A stretch of DNA of 44,957 nucleotides from an uncultured Pseudomonadales bacterium (GTDB taxonomy: Bacteria; Patescibacteriota; Microgenomatia; UBA1400; MFAQ01). The first letter of the stretch is position 1, and each line of letters opens with the position of its first letter. Position numbers and translations under genes: made by a program. The notes beneath the pieces are model-generated. The model was not told the DNA's origin and searched no databases. It was given only the letters and a program-made list of their open reading frames with translations. The stretch lies in assembly GCA_964491365.1 (NCBI GenBank), contig CAZBFU010000002.1:3354-48310 (forward strand), written 5' to 3'. This document shows positions 18,340 to 28,057 of the stretch, piece after piece.

Positions 18340-19651
18340 TTTAAATCCTAGAATTCCACCTCATTCTGATGATGCAGAGAAGTCTGTATTGGGAGCTATT
18401 TTAATTGATAAGGAAGCTATTATCGATGTGGCAGAATCACTTAAGGCTGAAATGTTTTATACATCTCGCCATGAAATGGTTTACGCAGCGATAGTTGCCT
18501 TGTATGAAGCTCGTGACCCTATTGATGTGGTGACAGTTTCTGAAAAACTAAAACACGATAAGAATTTGAAGACAGTGGGGGGGATGGCGTATTTGTCTGA
18601 TTTGACAAACTTTGTTCCATCTTCGGCAAATGTCATCAAATATGCATCAATTGTCAAAGAAACTTATATCAAGAGACAAATGATAAGTGCTTCAGCCTTA
18701 TTGTCTGAATTAGTATTTGACGAATCACAAACTCTTGGTTCTATTTTGGATCAGGCAGAGCAAACGGTTTTTGCACTATCTGAGAAAAACGTAAAGAAAT
18801 CGTTTGTTCCGATAAAAGAAGCTTTAGCTGAGAGTTTTGATAGATTAGATGAATTACAGAAATTGGCTGGAGGATTGCGTGGTGTACCTACAGGTTTTAA
18901 GGATCTTGACGATATCCTTGTTGGTTTACAAGATAGTAATTTGGTGATTTTGGCTGCACGCCCTGGCGTAGGTAAATCTGCCTTCTCTATGAATATTGCT
19001 CAGTTTGCTGCAGTTACTCATAAGATTCCTGTAGGCGTGTTTTCTTTGGAAATGAGTAAACTAGAACTAGTCGATCGTATGTTGGTGGGTCAAGCCGGTA
19101 TAGATGCTTGGAAGATGAAAACAGGAAATCTTTCACCGTCCGATTATGAAAAACTTTCTGAGGCAATGGGAATTTTAGCCGATGCGCCTATATATATAGA
19201 CGATCAACCTGGTCAATCTTTGTTGGCGATGAGGACAAAAGCTAGAAGACTTCATGCTGAAGTAGGCTTAAAATTATTAGTAGTAGACTATTTGCAGCTC
19301 ATTCATGGAGACGGTAAATATGATTCTCGTGTTCAAGAAGTGGGGGCGATTTCACAGGGTCTTAAAAACTTAGCTCGTGAGCTTCGAATCCCAATCTTAG
19401 CTTTGTCACAGCTTTCTCGTGCCGTTGAGAGTAGGGGGGAGAAAATTCCACAACTATCTGATTTGCGAGAATCAGGATCAATCGAGCAGGACGCTGACGT
19501 AGTAATGTTTTTGTACAAACCTGATGAAACAAATCTAGAACAATACAAACTTTCAATTGCTAAACATAGAAATGGAGCATTGGGGATGATCGACTTACGC
19601 TTCAGAGGTGAGAAGATTCGTTTCTATGGTTTGGACCGTGGTCATGCCTAA
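18332..19651 (+). CDS. dnaB: Replicative DNA helicase DnaB
   Basis: PPHSDDAEKSVLGAIL N-terminus, Walker A ARPGVGKSAF, and the SLEMS and LSQLSR motifs. Confidence 0.95.
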   Translation: MSNLNPRIPPHSDDAEKSVLGAILIDKEAIIDVAESLKAEMFYTSRHEMVYAAIVALYEARDPIDVVTVSEKLKHDKNLKTVGGMAYLSDLTNFVPSSANVIKYASIVKETYIKRQMISASALLSELVFDESQTLGSILDQAEQTVFALSEKNVKKSFVPIKEALAESFDRLDELQKLAGGLRGVPTGFKDLDDILVGLQDSNLVILAARPGVGKSAFSMNIAQFAAVTHKIPVGVFSLEMSKLELVDRMLVGQAGIDAWKMKTGNLSPSDYEKLSEAMGILADAPIYIDDQPGQSLLAMRTKARRLHAEVGLKLLVVDYLQLIHGDGKYDSRVQEVGAISQGLKNLARELRIPILALSQLSRAVESRGEKIPQLSDLRESGSIEQDADVVMFLYKPDETNLEQYKLSIAKHRNGALGMIDLRFRGEKIRFYGLDRGHA

Positions 19652-19692
19652 AAGTTGTGAGATAATATTGGACTAGGTGGGATTTTGTAAAT

Positions 19693-19780
19693 GCCGAGGT
19701 GGCGGAATGGCAGACGCGAAGGTCTCAAAAACCTTTGAGGCTTAAACCTCGTGAGGGTTCGACCCCCTCTCTCGGCACCA
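19693..19780 (+). tRNA. tRNA-Leu (anticodon CAA), class II with long variable arm, CCA encoded
   Basis: Acceptor GCCGAGG/TCTCGGC. Anticodon stem AAGGT/ACCTT with loop CTCAAAA. Variable arm GAGG..CCTC. T arm GAGGG-TTCGACC-CCCTC. Terminal ACCA. Confidence 0.93.
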
Positions 19781-19816
19781 TAACTTGGGTTAAACGGATA
19801 CTAGGAGTATAATTTC

Positions 19817-20386
19817 GTGGCTATGATTGACGTAAATAAGCTCAAAGTTGGTGTTACTTTTGTAGAAGATGAAATTCCTTGGAAAGTCATGAAGTATGAC
19901 TTTATAAAGATGGGTCGAGGGAATGCAAATATCAAAATTAAAGCTCGAAATCTCATCTCTGGTTCAACAGTCACTAAAAGTTATATTTCAGGTAACAAAG
20001 TAGAGGAAGCTCTACTTGAGAAAAAACATCTTCAGTATTTGTATAAAGATGAGACTAATCTCTTTTTCATGGATCCAATCACATACGAACAAACTGAAAT
20101 GGCTCTTGAAGTAGTCGGAGATGATGTTAATTATCTAGTTGAAGGGGAGAGAGCATGGGTATTATCTTGGAACGATACGATCCTTGGTGTCGAGTTGCCT
20201 GCCAGTGTGGTAATGGAAGTAGCAGAGGCTGATCATTGGGAGAAAGGGAATAGCGTCTCAAATTTATTGAAGCCTATTAAATTAGTAACTGGTTTGGTAG
20301 TCCAAGCCCCACTTTTCATTAAACCTGGTGACAAGATTAAGGTAAACACAGAAACTGGTGAATACATTAATCGGGTGAACGAATAA
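19817..20386 (+). CDS. efp: Elongation factor P
   Basis: N-terminal KOW-like segment with the KMGRGNA loop. 189 aa. AGGAG lies 9 nt upstream of the GTG. An alternative ATG is at 19823. Confidence 0.93.
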   Translation: MAMIDVNKLKVGVTFVEDEIPWKVMKYDFIKMGRGNANIKIKARNLISGSTVTKSYISGNKVEEALLEKKHLQYLYKDETNLFFMDPITYEQTEMALEVVGDDVNYLVEGERAWVLSWNDTILGVELPASVVMEVAEADHWEKGNSVSNLLKPIKLVTGLVVQAPLFIKPGDKIKVNTETGEYINRVNE

Positions 20387-20839
20387 TTAGGGTTTAAGAA
20401 GATATACCAGAACAAGCACGGCAACTTGAGGTAATAAGCCTCTAACCTTGTTAGGAATGGAGCGGTGAAAAGATTTATGAATTGCTGCTAGTTGTCTAAT
20501 GGGGGTGAAATTCCAATTTAGGAAGAGATGGGGGAATTCGATAAAGTCAGGGAGTAGCCCCATAAACCAGCCAAACCAAGCTTGATAATTAATTTGCGGT
20601 TGCCCAGCCTGAAACCAAAAATATATTAAAGCAATCGAGAGAGGGAAGTCGGTTATTAATTCTTCAACAAAAGCCCTTAATTTGCTTTTCTTGGCTTTTG
20701 AAAGGCCTTGACCTACATCCCAATGGGGGATGTAATCTCCCAAAAAATGTGAGGCGATGATGATTGGTGCGGCTAAATAGGGATTGGGAATATAAGATGC
20801 AATGAGGGCGCCAATGGCACCATGAGAGACTGATAGCAT
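20387..20839 (-). CDS. Hypothetical integral membrane protein
   Basis: Hydrophobic 150-aa ORF with an HFLGDYIPHWD segment. Lies end to end with efp in convergent orientation. Confidence 0.5.
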   Translation of the reverse strand: MLSVSHGAIGALIASYIPNPYLAAPIIIASHFLGDYIPHWDVGQGLSKAKKSKLRAFVEELITDFPLSIALIYFWFQAGQPQINYQAWFGWFMGLLPDFIEFPHLFLNWNFTPIRQLAAIHKSFHRSIPNKVRGLLPQVAVLVLVYLLKP

Positions 20840-20858
20840 AGGTAAAGACTAGTATACA

Positions 20859-21593
20859 ATGATGGAGATGTTGAGCATGCAAGTACATAGCGTTTTTGTG
20901 GTCTTAGCAGTTTTGTGGTTTGGATTTGTAGTTTACAAAAAAGGTGGTGAGTTTCATTGGCTAGAGAATACTTTATTTGACATTTCTATCGTTTCTGCTG
21001 CCAGTGCCTTTCTAGTTTCTCGATTAATCTTTGTCTTGGAAAACTTACAAACATTTTCTGCAAATTGGCTAAGGATAATCATGCTTGTAGATTATCCTGG
21101 GTACAGTTTTTGGGGATTGGTGTTAGGACTAATTGGTGGTGCCGTACTTTTTTCCAAAAAAGGTGAAGTTAAATTATATGAGGCTCTAGATGTGATGGTT
21201 TTAGCTTTTTTTGGCGCAGTGCCGATAGAACGAGTGGGAGTAGTGCTTCATGGAGGAAACCTAAATCATTTTCTACTTGTACCAGTTGCTATTTGGCAAG
21301 GACTAATTTGCTTAGTAGCTTTTGTTTTCCTGTGGCACCTTGAATATGAGTATCGAACTTTTGATTGGTATCGTAATAAACGCACTCAGGCAAAAGCAGG
21401 TTTTATTTCAGGTTTGGGTTTGATTTTGATGCCAACTTGGTTGGGTCTCTCAATGATCGGAGGCAAAATTAATTTACCTATGATTATTTCGTTAGTAATA
21501 TCGATAATATGTGGACTGTTAGTCATATATTCTAGATCTGGAAGACGCTTATTTAACCCAATTAAGTTGCTTAAAAGAGGCTCAATGGTATAG
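20859..21593 (+). CDS. Integral membrane protein, possibly a divergent Lgt-like prolipoprotein diacylglyceryl transferase
   Basis: 7 or more TM segments and a position in an operon with lspA. Lgt signature motifs are only weakly recognisable, so the function is tentative. Confidence 0.35.
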   Translation: MMEMLSMQVHSVFVVLAVLWFGFVVYKKGGEFHWLENTLFDISIVSAASAFLVSRLIFVLENLQTFSANWLRIIMLVDYPGYSFWGLVLGLIGGAVLFSKKGEVKLYEALDVMVLAFFGAVPIERVGVVLHGGNLNHFLLVPVAIWQGLICLVAFVFLWHLEYEYRTFDWYRNKRTQAKAGFISGLGLILMPTWLGLSMIGGKINLPMIISLVISIICGLLVIYSRSGRRLFNPIKLLKRGSMV

Positions 21594-21602
21594 ACTACGC
21601 TG

Positions 21603-21974
21603 ATGACTGACATTAAGTTTCCTAAAGACCTGCTAGAGCCTCTAAAGTCTTTTTTGAAAGGTGAAGAAAAGCGCTTAGTAAAAGCTAAAAAAAGTTTACT
21701 CAAAGAAGATCCTTTTAAGCACAATAAAAGAGAAGAAGACAACTCGATTGATGCAGATGTAGCTGAACAGGTTGACCACGAGAGATCGTCTGCTTTAAGA
21801 CATGAAATCAGTAAGTCTATAGTTAGCATTAGAAAAACTCTAACGAGGATTAAGATAGGTAAGTACGGAATTTGTGAGAAATGTGGCAAAATGATTGACA
21901 CTGACAGATTGGCAATCAAACCTACTGCGTTGTTTTGTATGAATTGTGAGAAGGTGGTCGAAAAAGGTGAGTAG
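21603..21974 (+). CDS. DksA/TraR family C4-type zinc-finger protein
   Basis: C-terminal CEKCGKMI....CMNCE four-cysteine finger preceded by a coiled-coil region. Confidence 0.8.
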   Translation: MTDIKFPKDLLEPLKSFLKGEEKRLVKAKKSLLKEDPFKHNKREEDNSIDADVAEQVDHERSSALRHEISKSIVSIRKTLTRIKIGKYGICEKCGKMIDTDRLAIKPTALFCMNCEKVVEKGE

Positions 21975-22326
21975 AGTTTTTATCTTGATTTTGATTTTAG
22001 ATTTGATATTACAAGAGTATTTGAGGTATGTAGATTATGGAATTATGAATAGTGGGGTAGCATTTGGCTTATTACAGGATAGTAATTGGTTAGGATTAGC
22101 CATATTTTGTATTTTAGTGGTTATGTATAAAAAATTACCTAAAGATTTGGGTATTCAAATGATTCTAGGTGGTGGTATTACTAATTTATTTGTTCGACTT
22201 GTTCATGGAAGTGTTTGGGATTACATTAACCTTGGAATTATAAAAGTGAACATGAGTGACATAATCGTATGTATGGGTTTAACCTTTTTCTTATATGAAA
22301 CTACCAGAGATCATTTTTCAAAATAA
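21946..22326 (+). CDS. lspA: Signal peptidase II (lipoprotein signal peptidase), short form
   Basis: NSGVAFGL and GGGITNLF.R....V.DYI motifs and a terminal NMSD. Only 126 aa. The start codon is uncertain (GTG at 21946 or 21967). Confidence 0.7.
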   Translation: MRRWSKKVSRVFILILILDLILQEYLRYVDYGIMNSGVAFGLLQDSNWLGLAIFCILVVMYKKLPKDLGIQMILGGGITNLFVRLVHGSVWDYINLGIIKVNMSDIIVCMGLTFFLYETTRDHFSK

Positions 22327-23011
22327 AGATTTAGCGGTCTTAAGTAAACCAGCAGGAATTGTTGTAAATGAAGCCGAATCCGTTAAAGATGAGGTGACTG
22401 TAATGAGCTTTGTTCGACAAAATCTACTACCAGAAGTTGATAAATGGGAGGGAACATTAGGCGAAATTAAAATAATGAAAGACAGATGGGGAGTGTGTCA
22501 TCGGCTAGATAAAGAAACGAGCGGATGTCTATTGATAGCCCTTCGCCCTAAAATACTAATCGAGTTAATGGGATTATTTGCAAAAAGAGAGGTTGCAAAA
22601 GAGTATTTAGCACTTGTGCATGGATTAATGACGCCTTCAAAGGGAGGTGTGAATTTACCAATAGGTCGAAGTCAATTTGATAGACACAAGTTTCAAGTGC
22701 ATTATGAAGGGAAGCGTGCTATGACAGAATGGGAAGTAGAAAAGCAATTTCCATCAGAGAACTTAAGTTTAGTGAGACTAAAACCACATACGGGGAGGAC
22801 ACATCAGATTCGGGTTCACTTATCACATTTAGGTTATCCAATTTTTGCTGATTCTAAATACTTAAATAAAAATTTGATGAATCAAGACAGATTGAGGATT
22901 AATCATCATGTATTACACGCAGCTAAAATATCTTTTAAGTATGAAGGTGGGCAGATTGATGTAGATTGTCCACTCCCAGAAGAAGTCTCAAGACTGATAT
23001 CATGTTTGTAA
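22295..23011 (+). CDS. RluA family pseudouridine synthase
   Basis: HRLDKETSGCLLIA catalytic-Asp motif and GRTHQIRVH motif. Confidence 0.9.
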   Translation: MKLPEIIFQNKDLAVLSKPAGIVVNEAESVKDEVTVMSFVRQNLLPEVDKWEGTLGEIKIMKDRWGVCHRLDKETSGCLLIALRPKILIELMGLFAKREVAKEYLALVHGLMTPSKGGVNLPIGRSQFDRHKFQVHYEGKRAMTEWEVEKQFPSENLSLVRLKPHTGRTHQIRVHLSHLGYPIFADSKYLNKNLMNQDRLRINHHVLHAAKISFKYEGGQIDVDCPLPEEVSRLISCL

Positions 23012-23012
23012 G

Positions 23013-24665
23013 GTGGATCAACTAACAGTATTCAGTTTATTATTTGTAGCAGCGATTTTTGTTGGAGTTTTGGTAAAACGGATAAAGTTTCCAGCACTTC
23101 TTGGGTATGTGATTGTAGGGATTGTAGCTAATATGTGGCCAAAGGAAGGGCTGGATACAACTATTATTCATAGTTTGGGTAGTGTAGGGGTCATGCTCTT
23201 GTTATTCTTGATTGGTCTTGAAATGAGAGTACATGATTTGATGGTAAGTGGACTAAAAGTAAGTCTACTTACATTTTTTCAACTATTAGGCTTTATTTCG
23301 CTTTTATATTTATTAATTGGTTACGGTACTACTAGTGGTTTTTACATAGCTTTACCCTTAATATTTTCATCGACAATTTTGTGTGTAAAGTGGTTACAAG
23401 AAAGAAAAGATTTAAACAGTGCGTTTGGAAAATTAGCAGTAGGAATCTTACTTTTTCAAGATATAGGAGCTGTATTACTTTTAGTATTGATTGGAGGAAA
23501 TGGGGGAGTGGGGCAGGTGATAATTAGAACAATTGGAGCATTTGTTTTAAGTGTTTTGGGTGGGGGTGTGCTTATAAAATATCTTCACAAAGTATTACGT
23601 CTAAACGCCGAAGAGATAGTAATGGTAGGTTTATCTTGGTGCTTTTTGTCAGCAATTTTGGCTGGTAAAGTATTTGGACTCTCGATGGAGATTGGTGGAT
23701 TTTTGGCTGGATTGTCGCTCTCTGGATTTGTAGAGCGAGAACATTTGGGAACTAAGCTGAAATTTTTGAAGGAGTTTTTCCTAACGGTCTTTTTTGTGAA
23801 TCTTGGAATGAGTTTCGTAATATCTACAAGCGTTGTTTGGGTAGGAATTCAATATGGTTTGATGGTTATTTTTGTCAAAATTATAATTACATATATTTTT
23901 GCTAGGTTATTTGGAAATGGCTCGAGAGTTTCATTTTTGTTAGGTATTGGCATGGCTCAAATTAGTGAATTTGGACTCATTTTGGTTAGTCTCTTGGTTC
24001 ATAAAGGTTACTTGAGTGATGATCTAGCAGGCGTGGTATCCGTTGCTGCTTTGATGACTATGGGTACGAGTGCCGTATTATTCAAATGGGCTGACAAATT
24101 GTATTTATTGTTAAAACCTTTACTTAACAAATTTAGTGGTGGAGCAAGTCAACAAAATGGAGATAAGAGGGAAGGTGAATTCGAAGATCACATAGTGTTG
24201 ATCGGTTGTCATCGGATGGGTAGAAGTATGGTCACTAATTTAAAGAAATCTCAACGTAGTAATTTGGTGGTAGTAGATTTTGATAACGAAGTACTCGTTA
24301 AAATGCAGGAGCAGGGGATTCGAACGGTATTTGCAGATATAGGTGATGCTGATGCTTATGAAGTTCTTAATTTGAAGAAAGCGAAATTAATTATTTCCAC
24401 AGTCAAGGATTTAAATGATAACCTGACTTTACTTGAGTATTTAAAAACTCACAAACTTTATACACCAATAGTGGTGGACGCAGAAACCAAAGAGGATGCA
24501 CAAACGCTATACAAGTATGGTGCAAGCTATGTAGTTTTTCCTAATTTTGTCGGTGGTCTACATCTTAGTGAGGTGGTTAGTCGATGGTTAAAAAGATCTG
24601 ATCATTTAGAAAAATCTCGCCATAAGCAAGTTCGTTATCTTGATGGAGTATTTGGAGCAAATTAA
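23013..24665 (+). CDS. Cation:proton antiporter (Kef/CPA2-type) with C-terminal RCK/TrkA-N domain
   Basis: A membrane domain of about 380 aa with many TM segments, followed by the Rossmann-like HIVLIGCHRMG segment. Confidence 0.85.
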   Translation: MDQLTVFSLLFVAAIFVGVLVKRIKFPALLGYVIVGIVANMWPKEGLDTTIIHSLGSVGVMLLLFLIGLEMRVHDLMVSGLKVSLLTFFQLLGFISLLYLLIGYGTTSGFYIALPLIFSSTILCVKWLQERKDLNSAFGKLAVGILLFQDIGAVLLLVLIGGNGGVGQVIIRTIGAFVLSVLGGGVLIKYLHKVLRLNAEEIVMVGLSWCFLSAILAGKVFGLSMEIGGFLAGLSLSGFVEREHLGTKLKFLKEFFLTVFFVNLGMSFVISTSVVWVGIQYGLMVIFVKIIITYIFARLFGNGSRVSFLLGIGMAQISEFGLILVSLLVHKGYLSDDLAGVVSVAALMTMGTSAVLFKWADKLYLLLKPLLNKFSGGASQQNGDKREGEFEDHIVLIGCHRMGRSMVTNLKKSQRSNLVVVDFDNEVLVKMQEQGIRTVFADIGDADAYEVLNLKKAKLIISTVKDLNDNLTLLEYLKTHKLYTPIVVDAETKEDAQTLYKYGASYVVFPNFVGGLHLSEVVSRWLKRSDHLEKSRHKQVRYLDGVFGAN

Positions 24666-24676
24666 CTTTAATAAAC

Positions 24677-25567
24677 TTGAAAAAAAACAAAATCATATAT
24701 TGGTTGGCTGGTGGCTTTCTCGGTGTAGTGGTTTTCGGCATACTTTTAGATGTATTCAAGATTAGTAGATTTGATGATAGTTTGGGGGGGAATATTCTAG
24801 TAATTGGTCGAAATGGCATGTCGATTATTGGGTTACGACCCAAAAACGAAATGATTTTTTTCTTAAATTTGCCAGACGACTTAATAATTCCACTTTCAAG
24901 TAATGGTGGGGAACTCCGAGCTGAAGCATATAGAAGGGGATTGAGAGAGAAAAACTCCTTAGAGTTAACAAGGGATAGTGTCTCAAAGGCAATGGGTGTA
25001 GCTATCGGAGGGGTGTTGAAAGCTGAGGTAAAAACAGACCCTGCAGGACTCATAGAAGGCGTTTGGAGTTCGATTCAGACTAATCTATCCTTCTCTGATA
25101 GATACAGGGTTTATAAAGCCACCTCTGCGTTAGTTCAAAAAGGGAGAGAAATAGAACTAAATTTACCAATGAATACTTATGACGAAGTAGAGGAGGCCGA
25201 TGGGGTAGTTTCAAAAAGACTTAATCAGGCAGTTTACGCATGGAATAGAAATCAATGGGTTTACGAGCAAATATTAAATCAAGGAGCTGAGGTAAGTTTG
25301 GTCAACGCCACTGGAATCGACGGTTATGCCAGAACTTATAGTCGATTGGTTGATAGTGCCGGTGGAAGAGTGGTGGAATTGATATCTGGTAAAAAAATAT
25401 ACCAAGGAGGTTGTATGGTATTAGGCAATAAAGAGATGTGGTTGGAAACAATTAAATTTTTAGAAGTAAATTTAAACTGTAAACATAATACAAGTGAGAA
25501 AATAGAAGATTGGTCGGGTCGAGAGTTGGGGACTGATGTAGTTTTGGTCTTGGGTAGCGGGAAATGA
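24677..25567 (+). CDS. LytR_C domain-containing protein (LCP-like envelope protein)
   Basis: N-terminal TM segment. The C-terminal segment VSLVNATGIDGYARTYSRLV..AGG.V is typical of the LytR C-terminal domain. TTG start. Confidence 0.5.
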   Translation: MKKNKIIYWLAGGFLGVVVFGILLDVFKISRFDDSLGGNILVIGRNGMSIIGLRPKNEMIFFLNLPDDLIIPLSSNGGELRAEAYRRGLREKNSLELTRDSVSKAMGVAIGGVLKAEVKTDPAGLIEGVWSSIQTNLSFSDRYRVYKATSALVQKGREIELNLPMNTYDEVEEADGVVSKRLNQAVYAWNRNQWVYEQILNQGAEVSLVNATGIDGYARTYSRLVDSAGGRVVELISGKKIYQGGCMVLGNKEMWLETIKFLEVNLNCKHNTSEKIEDWSGRELGTDVVLVLGSGK

Positions 25568-25571
25568 GTGC

Positions 25572-26285
25572 TTATTCCATTTCTTCTAGCGTAGAGTCGT
25601 AGATTTCAAGCGGAGGTTGTGAAGTGGAACCTGATGAGATGTCAATCTCGTCAAGATGATGACCATTAGAAAAGCTTGGTGTACCGCGCATTTTCTTACT
25701 TGACTTTAATTCTCTAATAAAGACTTCTACTGATCCAATTTCGGCTGATTTGATTAGGGTTTGGTATTGATATCCTGCTTTTATGAGTTTAATTAAATGT
25801 AGAGAAATATCGTCAGGGAGGTAACCGATGTGTTGATCTGCAGAGTTTACAACTCGAATCTTGCGTGGACCTGGTTTTAAAGTTACTTCAAAACCTGAAT
25901 ATAGATTGGCTATCACTTGAGGTTCACCAGTATTACTAAGTGGTATAACTCGAGATTTTCCTGGTTCTTCGATGAAACTGAAATGACTACTGTTGACGAT
26001 TTGTGAAGTTGTTTCAATGTGATATTTAGAGTTAGCTTTTTTGAGATTTGTCTTAGCGATAGTATTGTAAGGGTCTATCTCCAATACTTGTTTGAAATAT
26101 TTCTTAGCCTTATTGGGTTGATTTGTTTTCAAAAAAGCAATTCCCAGTCGATTATATGCAGGGATGTTATCGGGGAATTCTGCGACGATACTTTCGTTGA
26201 GGGTAATAGCTTCTTTCCATTCTGAGGTTAGTGCTTTTTGGATTGCTTGACGTTCCAAAATGAGAAGGGTGTTCGAATCGGCCAT
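25572..26285 (-). CDS. TPR repeat-containing protein with an uncharacterised C-terminal domain
   Basis: The N-terminal 85 aa or so show TPR periodicity (W..A......I...P.N..AYN.LG.A......KA..YF...L..DP.N). Confidence 0.65.
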   Translation of the reverse strand: MADSNTLLILERQAIQKALTSEWKEAITLNESIVAEFPDNIPAYNRLGIAFLKTNQPNKAKKYFKQVLEIDPYNTIAKTNLKKANSKYHIETTSQIVNSSHFSFIEEPGKSRVIPLSNTGEPQVIANLYSGFEVTLKPGPRKIRVVNSADQHIGYLPDDISLHLIKLIKAGYQYQTLIKSAEIGSVEVFIRELKSSKKMRGTPSFSNGHHLDEIDISSGSTSQPPLEIYDSTLEEME

Positions 26286-26344
26286 TGATTAGAGAATATA
26301 AGTAGCGAAGTCGATGGTGTCAAGTGATAGAATTTAGAGTTGTT

Positions 26345-26887
26345 ATGTCAGGACACTCAAAATGGTCGACAATTAGGCACAAGAAAGCCATTGTAGATTC
26401 AAAAAGATCAGCAGTTTTCACAAAAATTGCAAAAAAAATACAAATAGCTGCTAAACAAGGGAATTCTGGTAATCCAGATTTGAATGCAACTTTGAGGACA
26501 ATTCTCGACGAAGCCAGAAGTGTGAACATGCCAAATGACAATATTAAGAAGGCAATAGACAAAGGATTAGGTGTTGGTGGAGAACAAGTGATCGAAATCG
26601 TTTATGAGGGATATGGTCCTGGTGGAATTGGAATTATGATCACCTGTGCTACAGACAACAGAAATCGAACAGGTACTGAAATTCGAACACTATTAGAGAA
26701 ACACGGAGGTTCACTGGCAGGACCTGGAGCTGTTTCTTATATGTTAGCCATGCATCCAGTTCCTACTTTGAAGTTGGACGAAGACACACACGCTAAAGCA
26801 ATTGAATTATTGGATTTATTAGACGATCATGATGATGTCATGGACTTATGGACAAATTTAGAGCATTCGGATGACCAAACGAGTTAA
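26345..26887 (+). CDS. yebC: YebC/PmpR family DNA-binding transcriptional regulator (short form)
   Basis: MSGHSKWSTIRHKK start, EGYGPGG and TDNRNRT motifs. About 180 aa, against about 240 aa for typical family members as I recall them. Confidence 0.88.
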   Translation: MSGHSKWSTIRHKKAIVDSKRSAVFTKIAKKIQIAAKQGNSGNPDLNATLRTILDEARSVNMPNDNIKKAIDKGLGVGGEQVIEIVYEGYGPGGIGIMITCATDNRNRTGTEIRTLLEKHGGSLAGPGAVSYMLAMHPVPTLKLDEDTHAKAIELLDLLDDHDDVMDLWTNLEHSDDQTS

Positions 26888-27695
26888 GTTCTTTTTGGTA
26901 TCAGTATTTTTGGGGATAGCTTTGTTTGTAGCTTCTGTAGTGAGTGTAGATCAAAGACTGGCAGCGGTGGTCATTGTAGGGGTTTTGGCGTATATCCTAT
27001 CTGCATGGGTTTTATTTGAAGATCTGAAGGGTTGGGAGTGGATAGCTTTGATGGTCAGACCGACTACATTTACCATTGGTGCAGGATTATTTGCCAACAT
27101 GCTTCCGAGTGCAATCCCAAGATTTTTAGGACTTAACTTTCCAATCGAAACATCCTTATTCCTTGGGGGTGTTGTCAAAGTAGCATATATGGCTATTTAT
27201 GTTGTAGGTGTATACGCTATTTTGTTGACTGAGAATATCTTCTCAGTGGCCTCTATCAAGTCAATTCAGTTATTTAGAGCCGCGAGATCAGTTAGCTTCA
27301 TTATGACCTTGATCATTAGTTTATTCTTTTTCTCGATGATGTTGTCACTTCGAATTCCATTTTGGTCAAATATGTTACTTACAAGTGTTATTACATTCAT
27401 CCTATCGTTTGCAAGTTTGTGGAGTGTAGACTTGAAATCTGAGAATATGCCAGGAGTGGTTCGAATTACTATAGTTTTAACAATATTAATGGGGTTTTAT
27501 GGGTATGCAGTGTCTTTTTGGCCAATTAAATCGTTTATGGGAGGGTTAGTGCTGACAAGCTGTTTTTATACTTTATTGGGGATTCTTGAACAAAGAATAA
27601 CTGAAAAATTAGCGCCATTGAACTATCTAGAGTTCGTTGTTTTTAATTTAATTATTGTATTTACAGCCTTTTTAACCACGTCTTGGGTCGGATAG
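26871..27695 (+). CDS. Hypothetical multi-pass membrane protein
   Basis: About 8 hydrophobic segments. Overlaps the yebC stop by 17 nt. Confidence 0.55.
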   Translation: MTKRVKFFLVSVFLGIALFVASVVSVDQRLAAVVIVGVLAYILSAWVLFEDLKGWEWIALMVRPTTFTIGAGLFANMLPSAIPRFLGLNFPIETSLFLGGVVKVAYMAIYVVGVYAILLTENIFSVASIKSIQLFRAARSVSFIMTLIISLFFFSMMLSLRIPFWSNMLLTSVITFILSFASLWSVDLKSENMPGVVRITIVLTILMGFYGYAVSFWPIKSFMGGLVLTSCFYTLLGILEQRITEKLAPLNYLEFVVFNLIIVFTAFLTTSWVG

Positions 27696-27763
27696 AGGAG
27701 GGGGGAGAGTATCCTATAATATTACTTTTCACAAAGTCCTATAGTTTTCACGGTAGCAGGGAA

Positions 27764-27772
27764 TGTGGATAA
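27764..27772 (-). promoter_or_regulatory. Single perfect DnaA-box consensus (TTATCCACA on the minus strand)
   Basis: The plus strand reads TGTGGATAA at 27764-27772. I found no cluster of further good boxes. Confidence 0.25.
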
Positions 27773-28057
27773 GTGATAATTAATTATGATATGGAATGAT
27801 ATAGTTCCTGAATGATAGGGTTGGAGAGGAACCCGAAGCTGTGGTATGGCTACTAGGAAGAGAATGAAGGTGTTCCCGTTGTAGCAATTAGCAGTTAATT
27901 AATTCTTGTGTTACTGCTATTGGGCAATGATGACCCCTACTCCATCATTAATAGAGGAGTCACCTGTCGCGTTTTAGAGCTTGTTTCTAAACGTCGTGGA
28001 ATGTATCTTCTGCGACGTACGGTAAATTCTGACGAATCGGAGAAGTCTTTTTATATG

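Noticed and set aside
25572-26000. The C-terminal half of the TPR protein shows a HIRAN-like pattern (EVTLKPG...IRVVN....HIGYLP.D.S..L..LI..G).
   Set aside because: This is a pattern-level resemblance only. The conserved NPYD-type segment is missing. It needs HHpred before any claim.
27970-27993. GTTTTAGAGC... looks like the start of a type II (Cas9) CRISPR repeat or sgRNA scaffold.
   Set aside because: It is a single copy forming a local hairpin (CGTTTTAGA/TCTAAACG). There is no repeat-spacer periodicity and no cas genes anywhere in the window. The match is a short AT-rich string and most likely coincidence.
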